Virus record (IMG/VR): IMGVR_UViG_3300021964_009390
Location: 124,001-188,000 of that record
Length of the DNA: 64,000 nucleotides
Reading direction: 5' to 3' (one strand)
Under the pieces are notes generated by a model, which saw only the letters and a program-made list of their open reading frames with translations, had not been told where the DNA came from and made no database searches. Position numbers and translations under genes: made by a program. Positions 40,124-49,246 of the stretch are shown here, in pieces (position 1 is the stretch's first letter; every line of letters starts with the position of its first letter).

Positions 40124-41269
40124 ATGTTTGTAAATCCATTAAACCCTACCGGAAACACTTCATTTCAGTTCAACAAACCGGCACCTACCACACCACCAAC
40201 TTCAAAATTACCGGAAAATACACTGCCTAGATTTTTAAATTTCGTTGCTGATTACACCGGATGTGGCCATTGGAGAATGTTGTGGCCGGAACAAATACTG
40301 AACAGTTACAGAATGTGTGTGATGCAAAGCTCTACCATGATGGTGACAGATCCCAAGCATTTTTCTGGTGTGAGAACTGTTAGAGTACAGAGACAAGCGA
40401 GCCCTACACAGGAAAAATACTTAAATTATTTGAAAAATAATCTCGGTATCCGATTGGTATATGATATTGATGATGTATGTTTTGGAGAGGATATTCCACA
40501 TTATAATCCGTTCCGGACTGCTTTTACAGACCCGGTCATAATTGACGGTATCAAACGTATGATGGAACTTTGCGATGAGATGACAGTTACAACTCCAGCT
40601 CTTAAAAAATATTATCAAGACAATACAAATCAAAAAAACATAACAGTTATACCAAATTACCCACCAAGATTCTGGATAGGTAACATGTATAATACCAAGC
40701 AAAGAAGTAAAATTTATGACAAGCATGCGAAAAAACCTAGGATACTTTACGCCGGGAGTAGTTCACATTTTGATATAAAAAATAATAATCAACACATCGA
40801 TGATTTGTCACATGTGAATAGTTATATAATAAAAACACTCAACAAATATCAATGGGTGTTTGTAGGAGGGATCCCATACCAATTGAAATCATACGTGAAC
40901 AGTGGTAAGATTGAGTATCATAAATGGAACCATTTGTATGATTACCCATATGAAATATCTAAATTAGAAATAACTGCATCGATTGTACCTCTACAAGACA
41001 ACCAATTCAATCGCGGTAAAAGTGATATAAAATTTTTAGAATGTGCAGCTTTGGGTATCCCGACTGTGTGTCAAGACATAGGAGTTTACAATAAATGTAA
41101 ACATTTATTCAAGACAGTAGACTGTTTAGATGAACAGCTCAACACATTACTATCTACAAAGAAACATTACATGTCAACATGTGATAGAAATCACGCGCAT
41201 GTGTGTAGTATGTGGTTAGAAAACGAAAACAATAGAAACAAATATTTAAAAATATATCAGGTTGATTAA
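40124..41269 (+). CDS. GT-B glycosyltransferase within the replication module
   Basis: GCGHWR..WP, YDIDD, VIPN, YAGS.SH, PL.DN.FN..KS.IK.LE.AALGIP. Confidence 0.8.
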   Translation: MFVNPLNPTGNTSFQFNKPAPTTPPTSKLPENTLPRFLNFVADYTGCGHWRMLWPEQILNSYRMCVMQSSTMMVTDPKHFSGVRTVRVQRQASPTQEKYLNYLKNNLGIRLVYDIDDVCFGEDIPHYNPFRTAFTDPVIIDGIKRMMELCDEMTVTTPALKKYYQDNTNQKNITVIPNYPPRFWIGNMYNTKQRSKIYDKHAKKPRILYAGSSSHFDIKNNNQHIDDLSHVNSYIIKTLNKYQWVFVGGIPYQLKSYVNSGKIEYHKWNHLYDYPYEISKLEITASIVPLQDNQFNRGKSDIKFLECAALGIPTVCQDIGVYNKCKHLFKTVDCLDEQLNTLLSTKKHYMSTCDRNHAHVCSMWLENENNRNKYLKIYQVD

Positions 41270-41294
41270 CAGATGTGGTAATATAAATAGTAAC

Positions 41295-41513
41295 ATGCCA
41301 ACAACTAAAAAAGCAAAAACTACAAAAACTTCAGCCCCAGACTACAAAATCGTACTTGAAGAAGTGTTAGATCTGAGCTCAGCTCTAGTTAGAGAGATTG
41401 ACAACATTATGGAGTCACAATTACCACCGGCTCAAGTTGGTAAAGTTTTAGGTGATGTGGTTTCCGGATTTCAACAGAGACTAGAAGAATATAAAGTATC
41501 CGCGAAACTATAA
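41295..41513 (+). CDS. small hypothetical late protein
   Basis: ATG 41295 lies 5 nt below TATAAATA. Confidence 0.65.
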   Translation: MPTTKKAKTTKTSAPDYKIVLEEVLDLSSALVREIDNIMESQLPPAQVGKVLGDVVSGFQQRLEEYKVSAKL

Positions 41514-41520
41514 ATTTATA

Positions 41521-41549
41521 TTGATATATTCACATATATACTCTATAAT
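41521..41549 (+). promoter_or_regulatory. sigma70-type promoter TTGATA-17-TATAAT, 6 nt upstream of the polymerase GTG
   Basis: Read directly from the sequence. Confidence 0.8.
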
Positions 41550-41555
41550 TAGAGT

Positions 41556-44162
41556 GTGTATAGGAATATAATTTACGACGCTAAAAACGAAACGTGTAAA
41601 CTCTTCACGTGGGACAACTCTGGAAACCGGGTGTGTTATGACACGAGTTTCAACCCGTATGTGTACTATGAAACTAATGGTAAATCTAACGGTAAGAGCA
41701 TATTCAATACCGCGGTAAAAAAACGATCATTCCGGACACAATACGATCGATACAAATTTGTAAAAGACTGCGGTGTAAAAAGGGTATTTGAAAATATACC
41801 TAGTGAACAACAATTTTTAATAGATCAGTACTGGGAAAAAAACGAATCTCCGGAATTCACAGAAAATCCTTTGAAGGTATTATTTATAGACATTGAAACA
41901 TACAGCCCAGATTCATTTCCAGATGTAGATAACCCCTCTCACCCAATCAATGTAGTAACCATATACGATACATTACAAAATAAATTTTATTCTTGGGGTA
42001 CCAAACAATACGATACTACAGATATTGAAACACCCGGTGGTAGCATTGTTAAAAAAGACATATTATACTATCATTGCAAAACAGAAGTTGAGATGCTACG
42101 TCGCTTCTTGGATTATATAAAAAATGATTACCCGGATATCATAACTGGTTGGAATAGTGAATTATTTGACATACCATACATAATTTCACGAATGGGTCGT
42201 ATCTTGGATGAGAATGAATATAAACAACTGAGCCCTGTAGGTGAAGTGTTCTGCCGTGAGATCGCCGGTCAGTTTGGCAAGAGCCGTTTCCGGTGGTATA
42301 TAAAAGGTGTTTCTAGTTTAGATTACCTAGATATATACAAGAAATTCAGCATGGGTCTCCGGGAGAATTACAAACTCGACACCATTGCACAGTTCGAACT
42401 AGGTGATAAAAAAATAGACTATGGCGGTATGAATCTAGCTCAATTAGCAGATGAAAATTGGAAAACATTCGTAGACTACAACATACAAGACGTAAACCTA
42501 CTTGTCCGGATGGAAGAGAAGTTGCAGTACCTTAAACTGCTGAGAATGTTGGCGTATGTGGGACTATCACCACTAGAAAGCGCCATGGGGACATTAACTG
42601 TAATCACAGGTGCATCCGTCATACAAGCACGTAAAGACGGCTATGTAATACCAACATTTATAAAAGAAAACACAAAAGATGGTAAATACGAAGGAGCGTA
42701 TGTAGGAGAACCAGAGCGTGGTTTTCAACAAGACATTGTAAGTTTTGATGCTAACAGTCTATATCCTAGTACCATGATAACACTGAATTTGTCACCGGAA
42801 ACTAAAATAGGTTCTGTTGTAGAGAAAACCCCGGATCATATAACAGTGAAGCATGTGAACGGTAAGTTATTCAATTTATCACACGATAAATTCTTAAAAT
42901 TCATCAAAAAAGAAAAAATAGCTATAACAAAAGCTAAAGCACTGTTTAGCCAAAAAACAAAAGGCATCATACCTAAAATTGTAGACAAGCTGTATGCGCA
43001 ACGTGTTGAGTTCAAAAAGGAATTGGATAGAACACGCCGTGAGTTATCAAAACTTGATCCCGAAACATCAGAATATCAAAACAAAAAAAATGAATCTGAA
43101 ACTTGGTGGGTAAAACAATATACAGTAAAAATATTGATCAACAGTATATACGGTTACTTCGGTAACAAATATGCACCTATGGGAGACAGTGACATCGCGC
43201 GAAGCATAACATTAACTGGCCAAGCTGTTATCAAGCAATCAAATAAAATACTGTATGATTATATAAAACAAATGACAGGTAATGACAACTTACGTGTTGA
43301 AGATGTAGTCAAATATAATGATACGGACTCAAGCTACATTAGTATAAAATGTATAAATGACAGCAAATCTCTTGAGCTGTGTGAATCCGGTAAAGTTGCT
43401 GATCATACATATAAAATAGTACAAGACATTGAGGATCATTTGAACGTGGAGATTACTAAATGGGCTCAACGTAATTTAAATAGTCACGATCCCCGGTTCG
43501 TTTTCAAACGAGAGTGTATAGCAGATGTAGGTATGTTTCTAGAAAAAAAGAGATATGTTCTACATGTGTTAGATGATGAAGGTATACCTGTTGATAAGTT
43601 CAAGTACACCGGTGTAGAGGTAGTGAGAACCACCATACCCGAACCTGTGAAGCCGTATATTAAGAAAATAATCGAAACAATGCTCACCACTCGAAACCTA
43701 GGTGAAACCAACAAGCTGTTGCATGAAACATACGATATATTCAAGAGTTTGGAAGTAGAAGACATCGCTTTCGCGATGGGTTGTAAGGAATATGATAAAT
43801 ATGCCAGTAGATGTGATGAGTTTAACACGTGCAAAGGTATGCCGATCCATGTGAAAGCTAGTTATATACACAACAAAATCTTAGAAAAATTAAATATTGA
43901 GAACAAATATGAATCTATCGGTAATGGTGACAAGGTGAGATACTTGTATGTACAACAACCGAACAGATACGGGGTGAATGCCATAGGTTACAAGTACTAT
44001 TATCCGGATGAATTCAAAGAAATATTCAAAGTGGATCGAGAATTAATGTTTGACAAGATTGTATATAGTATCATCGAAAGATTTTACGATTGTGTGAAAT
44101 GGAAAGCAAAAAAACCTGGCATGGCAGTACAGACTGATTTATTTGAACTGTTCTCTACATGA
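41556..44162 (+). CDS. gp43: family B DNA polymerase (gp43)
   Basis: DIET exonuclease, GWN..FD, SFDANSLYPS, KILINSIYG, YNDTDS, KKRY. Confidence 0.97.
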   Translation: MYRNIIYDAKNETCKLFTWDNSGNRVCYDTSFNPYVYYETNGKSNGKSIFNTAVKKRSFRTQYDRYKFVKDCGVKRVFENIPSEQQFLIDQYWEKNESPEFTENPLKVLFIDIETYSPDSFPDVDNPSHPINVVTIYDTLQNKFYSWGTKQYDTTDIETPGGSIVKKDILYYHCKTEVEMLRRFLDYIKNDYPDIITGWNSELFDIPYIISRMGRILDENEYKQLSPVGEVFCREIAGQFGKSRFRWYIKGVSSLDYLDIYKKFSMGLRENYKLDTIAQFELGDKKIDYGGMNLAQLADENWKTFVDYNIQDVNLLVRMEEKLQYLKLLRMLAYVGLSPLESAMGTLTVITGASVIQARKDGYVIPTFIKENTKDGKYEGAYVGEPERGFQQDIVSFDANSLYPSTMITLNLSPETKIGSVVEKTPDHITVKHVNGKLFNLSHDKFLKFIKKEKIAITKAKALFSQKTKGIIPKIVDKLYAQRVEFKKELDRTRRELSKLDPETSEYQNKKNESETWWVKQYTVKILINSIYGYFGNKYAPMGDSDIARSITLTGQAVIKQSNKILYDYIKQMTGNDNLRVEDVVKYNDTDSSYISIKCINDSKSLELCESGKVADHTYKIVQDIEDHLNVEITKWAQRNLNSHDPRFVFKRECIADVGMFLEKKRYVLHVLDDEGIPVDKFKYTGVEVVRTTIPEPVKPYIKKIIETMLTTRNLGETNKLLHETYDIFKSLEVEDIAFAMGCKEYDKYASRCDEFNTCKGMPIHVKASYIHNKILEKLNIENKYESIGNGDKVRYLYVQQPNRYGVNAIGYKYYYPDEFKEIFKVDRELMFDKIVYSIIERFYDCVKWKAKKPGMAVQTDLFELFST

Positions 44163-44224
44163 ACAAATTGTAAAAATATTGAATATATGTGGATTTTTGT
44201 CATATAATATTATATCATATATAC

Positions 44225-44656
44225 ATGAGCTTAAATTTAAGAGTAATCGTTGACGCCGCCGGCAGAACCATCATTGGAGAACATGATAATGAAACAGATC
44301 AGTCTATTTCATTGAAAAATCCCGCGACTTTGTTTATACAACCTAATCAACAAACTGGACAACTAGCAGTACAGTTGATACCTTTCTTTTTTAGAGAGTT
44401 TGTTGAAGAAGAGAAACGACCAGAAGGAGTCAGCTGGACATTCGACAAATCCTCGCTCGCAACTTCAGAGCAGTTCGGTTTAGACAACAGATTGTTGGAC
44501 CAATACGAAAAAATGATGACCAAAGAAGCCAATACAAACCCACCACCTATTGAAGATACTGAAGCTTTCGGCCCAGCTGCCGGAAAAGCAAAAGAAGTGA
44601 AATTGTTTGATGAAACTGCCGAAAAAGCAGAAACAGTTGAGCCAGTAGATGGGTAA
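44225..44656 (+). CDS. hypothetical protein (possible Sm-like beta fold)
   Basis: Start MSLNL at 44225, 6 nt below TGGATT-17-TATCAT. Confidence 0.65.
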   Translation: MSLNLRVIVDAAGRTIIGEHDNETDQSISLKNPATLFIQPNQQTGQLAVQLIPFFFREFVEEEKRPEGVSWTFDKSSLATSEQFGLDNRLLDQYEKMMTKEANTNPPPIEDTEAFGPAAGKAKEVKLFDETAEKAETVEPVDG

Positions 44657-45713
44657 AAAATCAGACATTAGCGCTGATGCTCTCAAAGCATTAGATAGTA
44701 TAGATAAAATGAACCCGTTAGCCGGGTTTTTAACTGAGAGTACGTTGAGTAATGTCAATGACTGGCACGATACCGGCTGTCTTGTGCTAAACAGCATAAT
44801 TAGTGGTAGTTTGTACAAAGGTGTACCAAAAGGTAGAGTTACTGGTTTCGCCGGTCCGAGTATGGCAGGTAAGACATACATAATCAATAAGATATTAGCT
44901 GGAGCTCAACGCGAAGGTATGATTCCAGTGATTTTTGACACAGAAGCTGCAGTAGATGAAAATAGTGTACGTGGAGTTGGTTTAGACCCGGAAAAAGTTA
45001 AATATGTCCCAGTGCAAACTGTAGAAGAGACCCGTAACCAAATTGTAAAATTTTTAGATCATATCATTGAAAATAAACAACAAGGTAAATTTATCATAAG
45101 TATTGATAGTTTAGGTAACCTCGCTAGTCAAAAAGAGATGGAAGACATCACCAAGGACAAAACCGCGGTAGATATGGGCACACGAGCCAAAGGGCTCAAG
45201 AGCATGATGAGGACTCTCACATTCAAAGCAGCAGAAGCTGACACTACCATATTGTTCAGTAATCATACTTATGATGATCCGGCTGCTATGTTTCCATCTC
45301 TAGTAAAAAACCAAGCCGGTGGTAAAGGACCAGTGTATCTCGCCAGTGTGTTGGTGCAATTGGCCAAGAAAGATGAGCGTCATGACAAAAATAACGAGTC
45401 TGATCAAATGATCGCAGAGGCTAAAACATATAGTGGTACCACGTTACGTGCTCTGACTGTCAAAAACCGGTTTGTACCACCGTTTCTTGAGGCGGAAATG
45501 TATTTAAACTTTAAAACTGGGTTAGATAAATACTCCGGACTGTTAAACATTGCAGTAAATCATGGTGCAATTGTACAAACCGGTAGTACATACCAATTAC
45601 CTGATGGTACCAAGCTAGGTTATTACAAGCAGTGGAGAGATAATGACGAAATATGGGACAAGGTTCTTCCCGTCATTGAAGAAAAACTAAAAGAAGATTA
45701 TCAGTACAATTAG
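44649..45713 (+). CDS. uvsX: RecA-like recombinase UvsX
   Basis: GPSMAGKT, FDTE, IDSLG, DMG.RAK, NH.Y, KNRF. Confidence 0.93.
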   Translation: MGKKSDISADALKALDSIDKMNPLAGFLTESTLSNVNDWHDTGCLVLNSIISGSLYKGVPKGRVTGFAGPSMAGKTYIINKILAGAQREGMIPVIFDTEAAVDENSVRGVGLDPEKVKYVPVQTVEETRNQIVKFLDHIIENKQQGKFIISIDSLGNLASQKEMEDITKDKTAVDMGTRAKGLKSMMRTLTFKAAEADTTILFSNHTYDDPAAMFPSLVKNQAGGKGPVYLASVLVQLAKKDERHDKNNESDQMIAEAKTYSGTTLRALTVKNRFVPPFLEAEMYLNFKTGLDKYSGLLNIAVNHGAIVQTGSTYQLPDGTKLGYYKQWRDNDEIWDKVLPVIEEKLKEDYQYN

Positions 45714-47101
45714 TTGATAGGTCTGTTAGCCCATCCGGGTCTCCATAGTATATCTTCTTTGATAGTAGGAGCACCGGCCATTTTCCATGACGGTGTAGCG
45801 TCTGGTATCCCATCCCCATTAACATCCCAGTTCATTTGAGGCTGTGCTGGTTGAGCAGGTGCTGTAGCACCGGGTTGAGCAGGTTGTGTAGCAGCATCTC
45901 CGCCACCACCAGCTCCACTCATCATTGAAGATACTTTGCTGATACCATCACCTAGAGCACCTAAACCAACACCTACAGCCCCACCGGTATGTCCTCGAGA
46001 TAAAACATCCTTGTCTGTAGCCGTTTGTTTCAAAGCTTCCATTGGCTCTAGACCTTGAGCTCTAAGCTCTTTATATTTTTGAAAACCAGCTAAACCACCA
46101 GCAGCAGCAAAACCTGCCCCGTACCGGGCAATAATCATAGGTAAAGCAGCTCCCATCGCCAAGCTAGCTGCCCCTAATATACCGACAGCAGCTGTTTTAG
46201 TTAAGTTGGGATTTTCCTTAACCCATCCCATAATTTTCTTCATCATGCCTTGCTTTTCACCACCGGCCGCGGCTGGTTGCTCTTCTTTGTTACCAAAAAT
46301 TCTATCATGCCCCATCCGGTATTTTTCACTACTATCACCAGCTTGCTGCGAACCGTCTATTTTTTGGTTCTCATTATCATCATACTGTTGAAGCTCTGCA
46401 TCAGTAGGATTATTCGGGTCTAATTGCCCCGCAGGCATCGGTTTGTTTGCCACATCCGGTGCTTGCGTCTGTTGTGCTTGTGCCTGTTGATCATTATAAC
46501 CTTGTTTGAAACCACCTGCAGCATCTTTCGCGCCAGTGGCAATAGCTTGTCCAGCTTTTTTAGCTCCTTTACCAATTGCTGTACCAACTTTTCCGAGACC
46601 TTTGGCAATGTTACCGAGTAACCCTTCATTATGTAAATATAAAATATGCTCGCGAATCATCTCCTTGTATTCATCTACTCCCTCGTTGACTGTTTGCGGT
46701 TCCGGTGAATTAGCTATTTGATTCTCTACCTGACCAGCCCCCTCTTCATCTAGCGCTTGATCTAACGCTTGGGGCCCTTCTTGAGCTGCTGTTGTGACTT
46801 TGACCAAAGTATCTGGATCATTTGCCTTCAACCATTCTATAGCCTTCTGTATAACTGGTTGTAACATCTTATCGTTAACTGTTTGAGCGATGTTTTGCAC
46901 TCCGGTTTTAGCTGCTCCTACAGCTTTACCGGCCAGATTACCCAAGGTTCCCATGAGACCCTCTTCTATTAAAATTTGTTCCACCAGTTGTGCTGTCAAT
47001 TCAGTATCATACTGGTAACCCTCAGCAAAAATGCGTCTGACACGCTGTGTCCTGGCACGTCTCTCAAAACTTTCGAAAATTAAATGATTGTCTCTGTTCA
47101 T
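45710..47101 (-). CDS. Gly/Ala-rich late protein with amphipathic and hydrophobic helices (candidate ejected internal protein)
   Basis: 463 aa against the flow of the replication genes; TAAATA 9 nt upstream; repeated (I/V/L)xEG sites. Confidence 0.7.
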   Translation of the reverse strand: MNRDNHLIFESFERRARTQRVRRIFAEGYQYDTELTAQLVEQILIEEGLMGTLGNLAGKAVGAAKTGVQNIAQTVNDKMLQPVIQKAIEWLKANDPDTLVKVTTAAQEGPQALDQALDEEGAGQVENQIANSPEPQTVNEGVDEYKEMIREHILYLHNEGLLGNIAKGLGKVGTAIGKGAKKAGQAIATGAKDAAGGFKQGYNDQQAQAQQTQAPDVANKPMPAGQLDPNNPTDAELQQYDDNENQKIDGSQQAGDSSEKYRMGHDRIFGNKEEQPAAAGGEKQGMMKKIMGWVKENPNLTKTAAVGILGAASLAMGAALPMIIARYGAGFAAAGGLAGFQKYKELRAQGLEPMEALKQTATDKDVLSRGHTGGAVGVGLGALGDGISKVSSMMSGAGGGGDAATQPAQPGATAPAQPAQPQMNWDVNGDGIPDATPSWKMAGAPTIKEDILWRPGWANRPIN

Positions 47102-47104
47102 AGC

Positions 47105-47133
47105 TTGAATTATTTATGTTAGTATACTATAAT
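47105..47133 (+). promoter_or_regulatory. sigma70-type promoter TTGAAT-17-TATAAT, 5 nt upstream of queC; spacer contains the minus-strand TAAATA
   Basis: Read directly from the sequence. Confidence 0.8.
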
Positions 47134-47138
47134 TATGT

Positions 47139-47849
47139 ATGAAAAAATGCATAATCCCGGTCAGCGGTGGTATAGACTCATCAACCATACTGTATTATAC
47201 ACACAAATCACGCAAGGATTTTGATGAAATACATACAGTCACTTTTGATTATGGTCAGAGGCATAGCAAAGAGATTGAACATGCCGAATTGATAACCAAA
47301 AATGTCAGCACCAGTCACAAAGTTTTAGATGTAACATTTTTAAAAAACATTATAACGTCTAGCTCATTGACCAATGATAGTATAGATGTAGCAAAAACTG
47401 CAGATGTACTAGGTGACCCACAAACCGTCAATTATGTACCTAACAGAAACATGATCTTACTATCCATTTGTACTGGTTATGCGGAGAGTATCGGAGCCAG
47501 CGTTGTGTACCATGGCGCCGCACAAGTTGATAGTGAGGCTGGTTATTGGGATGGTACTCAAGAGTTTATTAGTTGCATGAACCTAGTGAACAGTTTGAAC
47601 AGACGAGATCGGGTGACTATTGAAGCACCTCTGTTACAAATGTCAAAACAACAAATAATTAAACTAGGTGTAGATAGTGATTTGGATTTCAGTAAAACGT
47701 GGACCTGTTATGAAGGTGGTACTAAAGCATGTGGTAGATGCACCGCATGCAGTAGCAGAATCAAAGGATTCGTAGATAATAAATTAATTGACCCAGTGGA
47801 GTATGAAATAGATATACCATGGGACAAATACAACTGCGAGAGACTGTAA
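47139..47849 (+). CDS. queC: 7-cyano-7-deazaguanine synthase QueC
   Basis: SGGIDS, FDYGQRH, YVPNRN, TWTCY...CGRCTAC..R. Confidence 0.95.
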   Translation: MKKCIIPVSGGIDSSTILYYTHKSRKDFDEIHTVTFDYGQRHSKEIEHAELITKNVSTSHKVLDVTFLKNIITSSSLTNDSIDVAKTADVLGDPQTVNYVPNRNMILLSICTGYAESIGASVVYHGAAQVDSEAGYWDGTQEFISCMNLVNSLNRRDRVTIEAPLLQMSKQQIIKLGVDSDLDFSKTWTCYEGGTKACGRCTACSSRIKGFVDNKLIDPVEYEIDIPWDKYNCERL

Positions 47850-47850
47850 T

Positions 47851-48522
47851 ATGTGTGGTGTATACGGTTCTACTTGTTACAATAGATTTAAAGATCTATA
47901 CAAATTAAACACAACAAGGGGCAATTTCGCAAACGGTCATGTTTTTGTGAGTGATTCTCAAGATGGTCGATCTCTACATATATCAAAATCTCCCGGGACT
48001 AAAAAATATACTGATGTAATAGATGAGAATATTAAAATACACTTAGGTCATACACAATCCCCGACCGGTAGTGTAAGAGACTATCATCCATCTACAACAC
48101 ACCCATTCGAGAGCAGAAATTGGATCGTTGGTCATAATGGTGTCATTAATAATTTTGAAAAACTAAAACAACAGTATGCACCACATAGCAAATGCAATGT
48201 TGACACGAGTATAATACCCTATTTACTAGAGATGTATATAGCTACCCGACATACTGAGCAAGAAATAACAAATATCGTGAAAAGAGTGTTAGACATGATA
48301 AATGGTACGTACGGGTTGTTTATTTTTAATAAAAAATACAACCTCTTGTATGTAGCTAGATCTGGAAGCACTCTGTTTTATGACCCTAAGGATGGTAGTT
48401 TCAGCTCTACACAGCATGGTAACATGGTGGATCTACCAGAACATACACTGTTTAAAGTCAACGGTAACATATATGAACGAGTAGCTAGTCTATCTAATAA
48501 CTCATCATTTTTAATATTATAA
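47851..48522 (+). CDS. class II (Ntn) glutamine amidotransferase
   Basis: N-terminal MCGVYG nucleophile Cys, RG, HPF, HNGVINN, DT. Confidence 0.85.
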   Translation: MCGVYGSTCYNRFKDLYKLNTTRGNFANGHVFVSDSQDGRSLHISKSPGTKKYTDVIDENIKIHLGHTQSPTGSVRDYHPSTTHPFESRNWIVGHNGVINNFEKLKQQYAPHSKCNVDTSIIPYLLEMYIATRHTEQEITNIVKRVLDMINGTYGLFIFNKKYNLLYVARSGSTLFYDPKDGSFSSTQHGNMVDLPEHTLFKVNGNIYERVASLSNNSSFLIL

Positions 48523-49226
48523 TGAAAAATAAAAAAATTGAACTTAAACCTATACTCATTGTGAGCTGTACTCAAAATGAATCATGGAAAGATACAAGAT
48601 TAGGATCATGTAAAGCCAGCTTGGAAAACCAAGCTAAATTCAAGTTTGTAACAAACAATAAACAAGGACTACCTAAATGTTATAATAAATTTTTAACAAA
48701 AAAAATAGCAGAAAAACATGATATAATTGTATTTTGTCATGATGATTTATATATAGATGATTTAAAATTGCGAGGAAAATTATACAAATCGCTATACGCC
48801 GACAAATATGATATTGTCGGCCTCGCCGGTGCTAGTACATGCAAAATAGAACATGGTAAACCTACCCTGTGGCATTTGATGAGCGAGCGAGATACATGGA
48901 GCGGTACTGTTTTCCACCCGCGTGGTGTTGATACAAATCAAGTGATGTCTACAACGTTCGGACCAACTCCATCTAGATGTCTCGTGTTAGATGGTGTGTT
49001 TCTTGCAGTGAACATACACCGTGCCCGGGAGAAAAAATGGAAATTTAATGATACATTTGACTTTCATCATTATGACATAGCTAGCTGTATTGATGCAAAT
49101 ACCAAGCAATTGAAACTCGGTACATGTATGATACACGCTATTCACGACTCTCCCGGCTTACACTCTATAGAAGACCCAGACTGGCTGTCTAGCCAGGACA
49201 AATTTTTAAAGTTGTATGGTGAGTAA
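48522..49226 (+). CDS. GT-A glycosyltransferase-like protein
   Basis: YN, FCHDD, GLAGA, LDGVF.A, FHHYD...C. Confidence 0.75.
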   Translation: MKNKKIELKPILIVSCTQNESWKDTRLGSCKASLENQAKFKFVTNNKQGLPKCYNKFLTKKIAEKHDIIVFCHDDLYIDDLKLRGKLYKSLYADKYDIVGLAGASTCKIEHGKPTLWHLMSERDTWSGTVFHPRGVDTNQVMSTTFGPTPSRCLVLDGVFLAVNIHRAREKKWKFNDTFDFHHYDIASCIDANTKQLKLGTCMIHAIHDSPGLHSIEDPDWLSSQDKFLKLYGE

Positions 49227-49240
49227 CAATACCTTATAAT
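49212..49240 (+). promoter_or_regulatory. sigma70-type promoter TTGTAT-17-TATAAT, 6 nt upstream of the helicase ATG
   Basis: Read directly from the sequence. Confidence 0.75.
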
Positions 49241-49246
49241 ACTCAC

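Noticed and set aside
23010-48522. A dpdA/TGT or queF gene completing the deazaguanine pathway
   Set aside because: No ORF with recognisable TGT or QueF motifs in the window; it may lie outside or be too divergent to see
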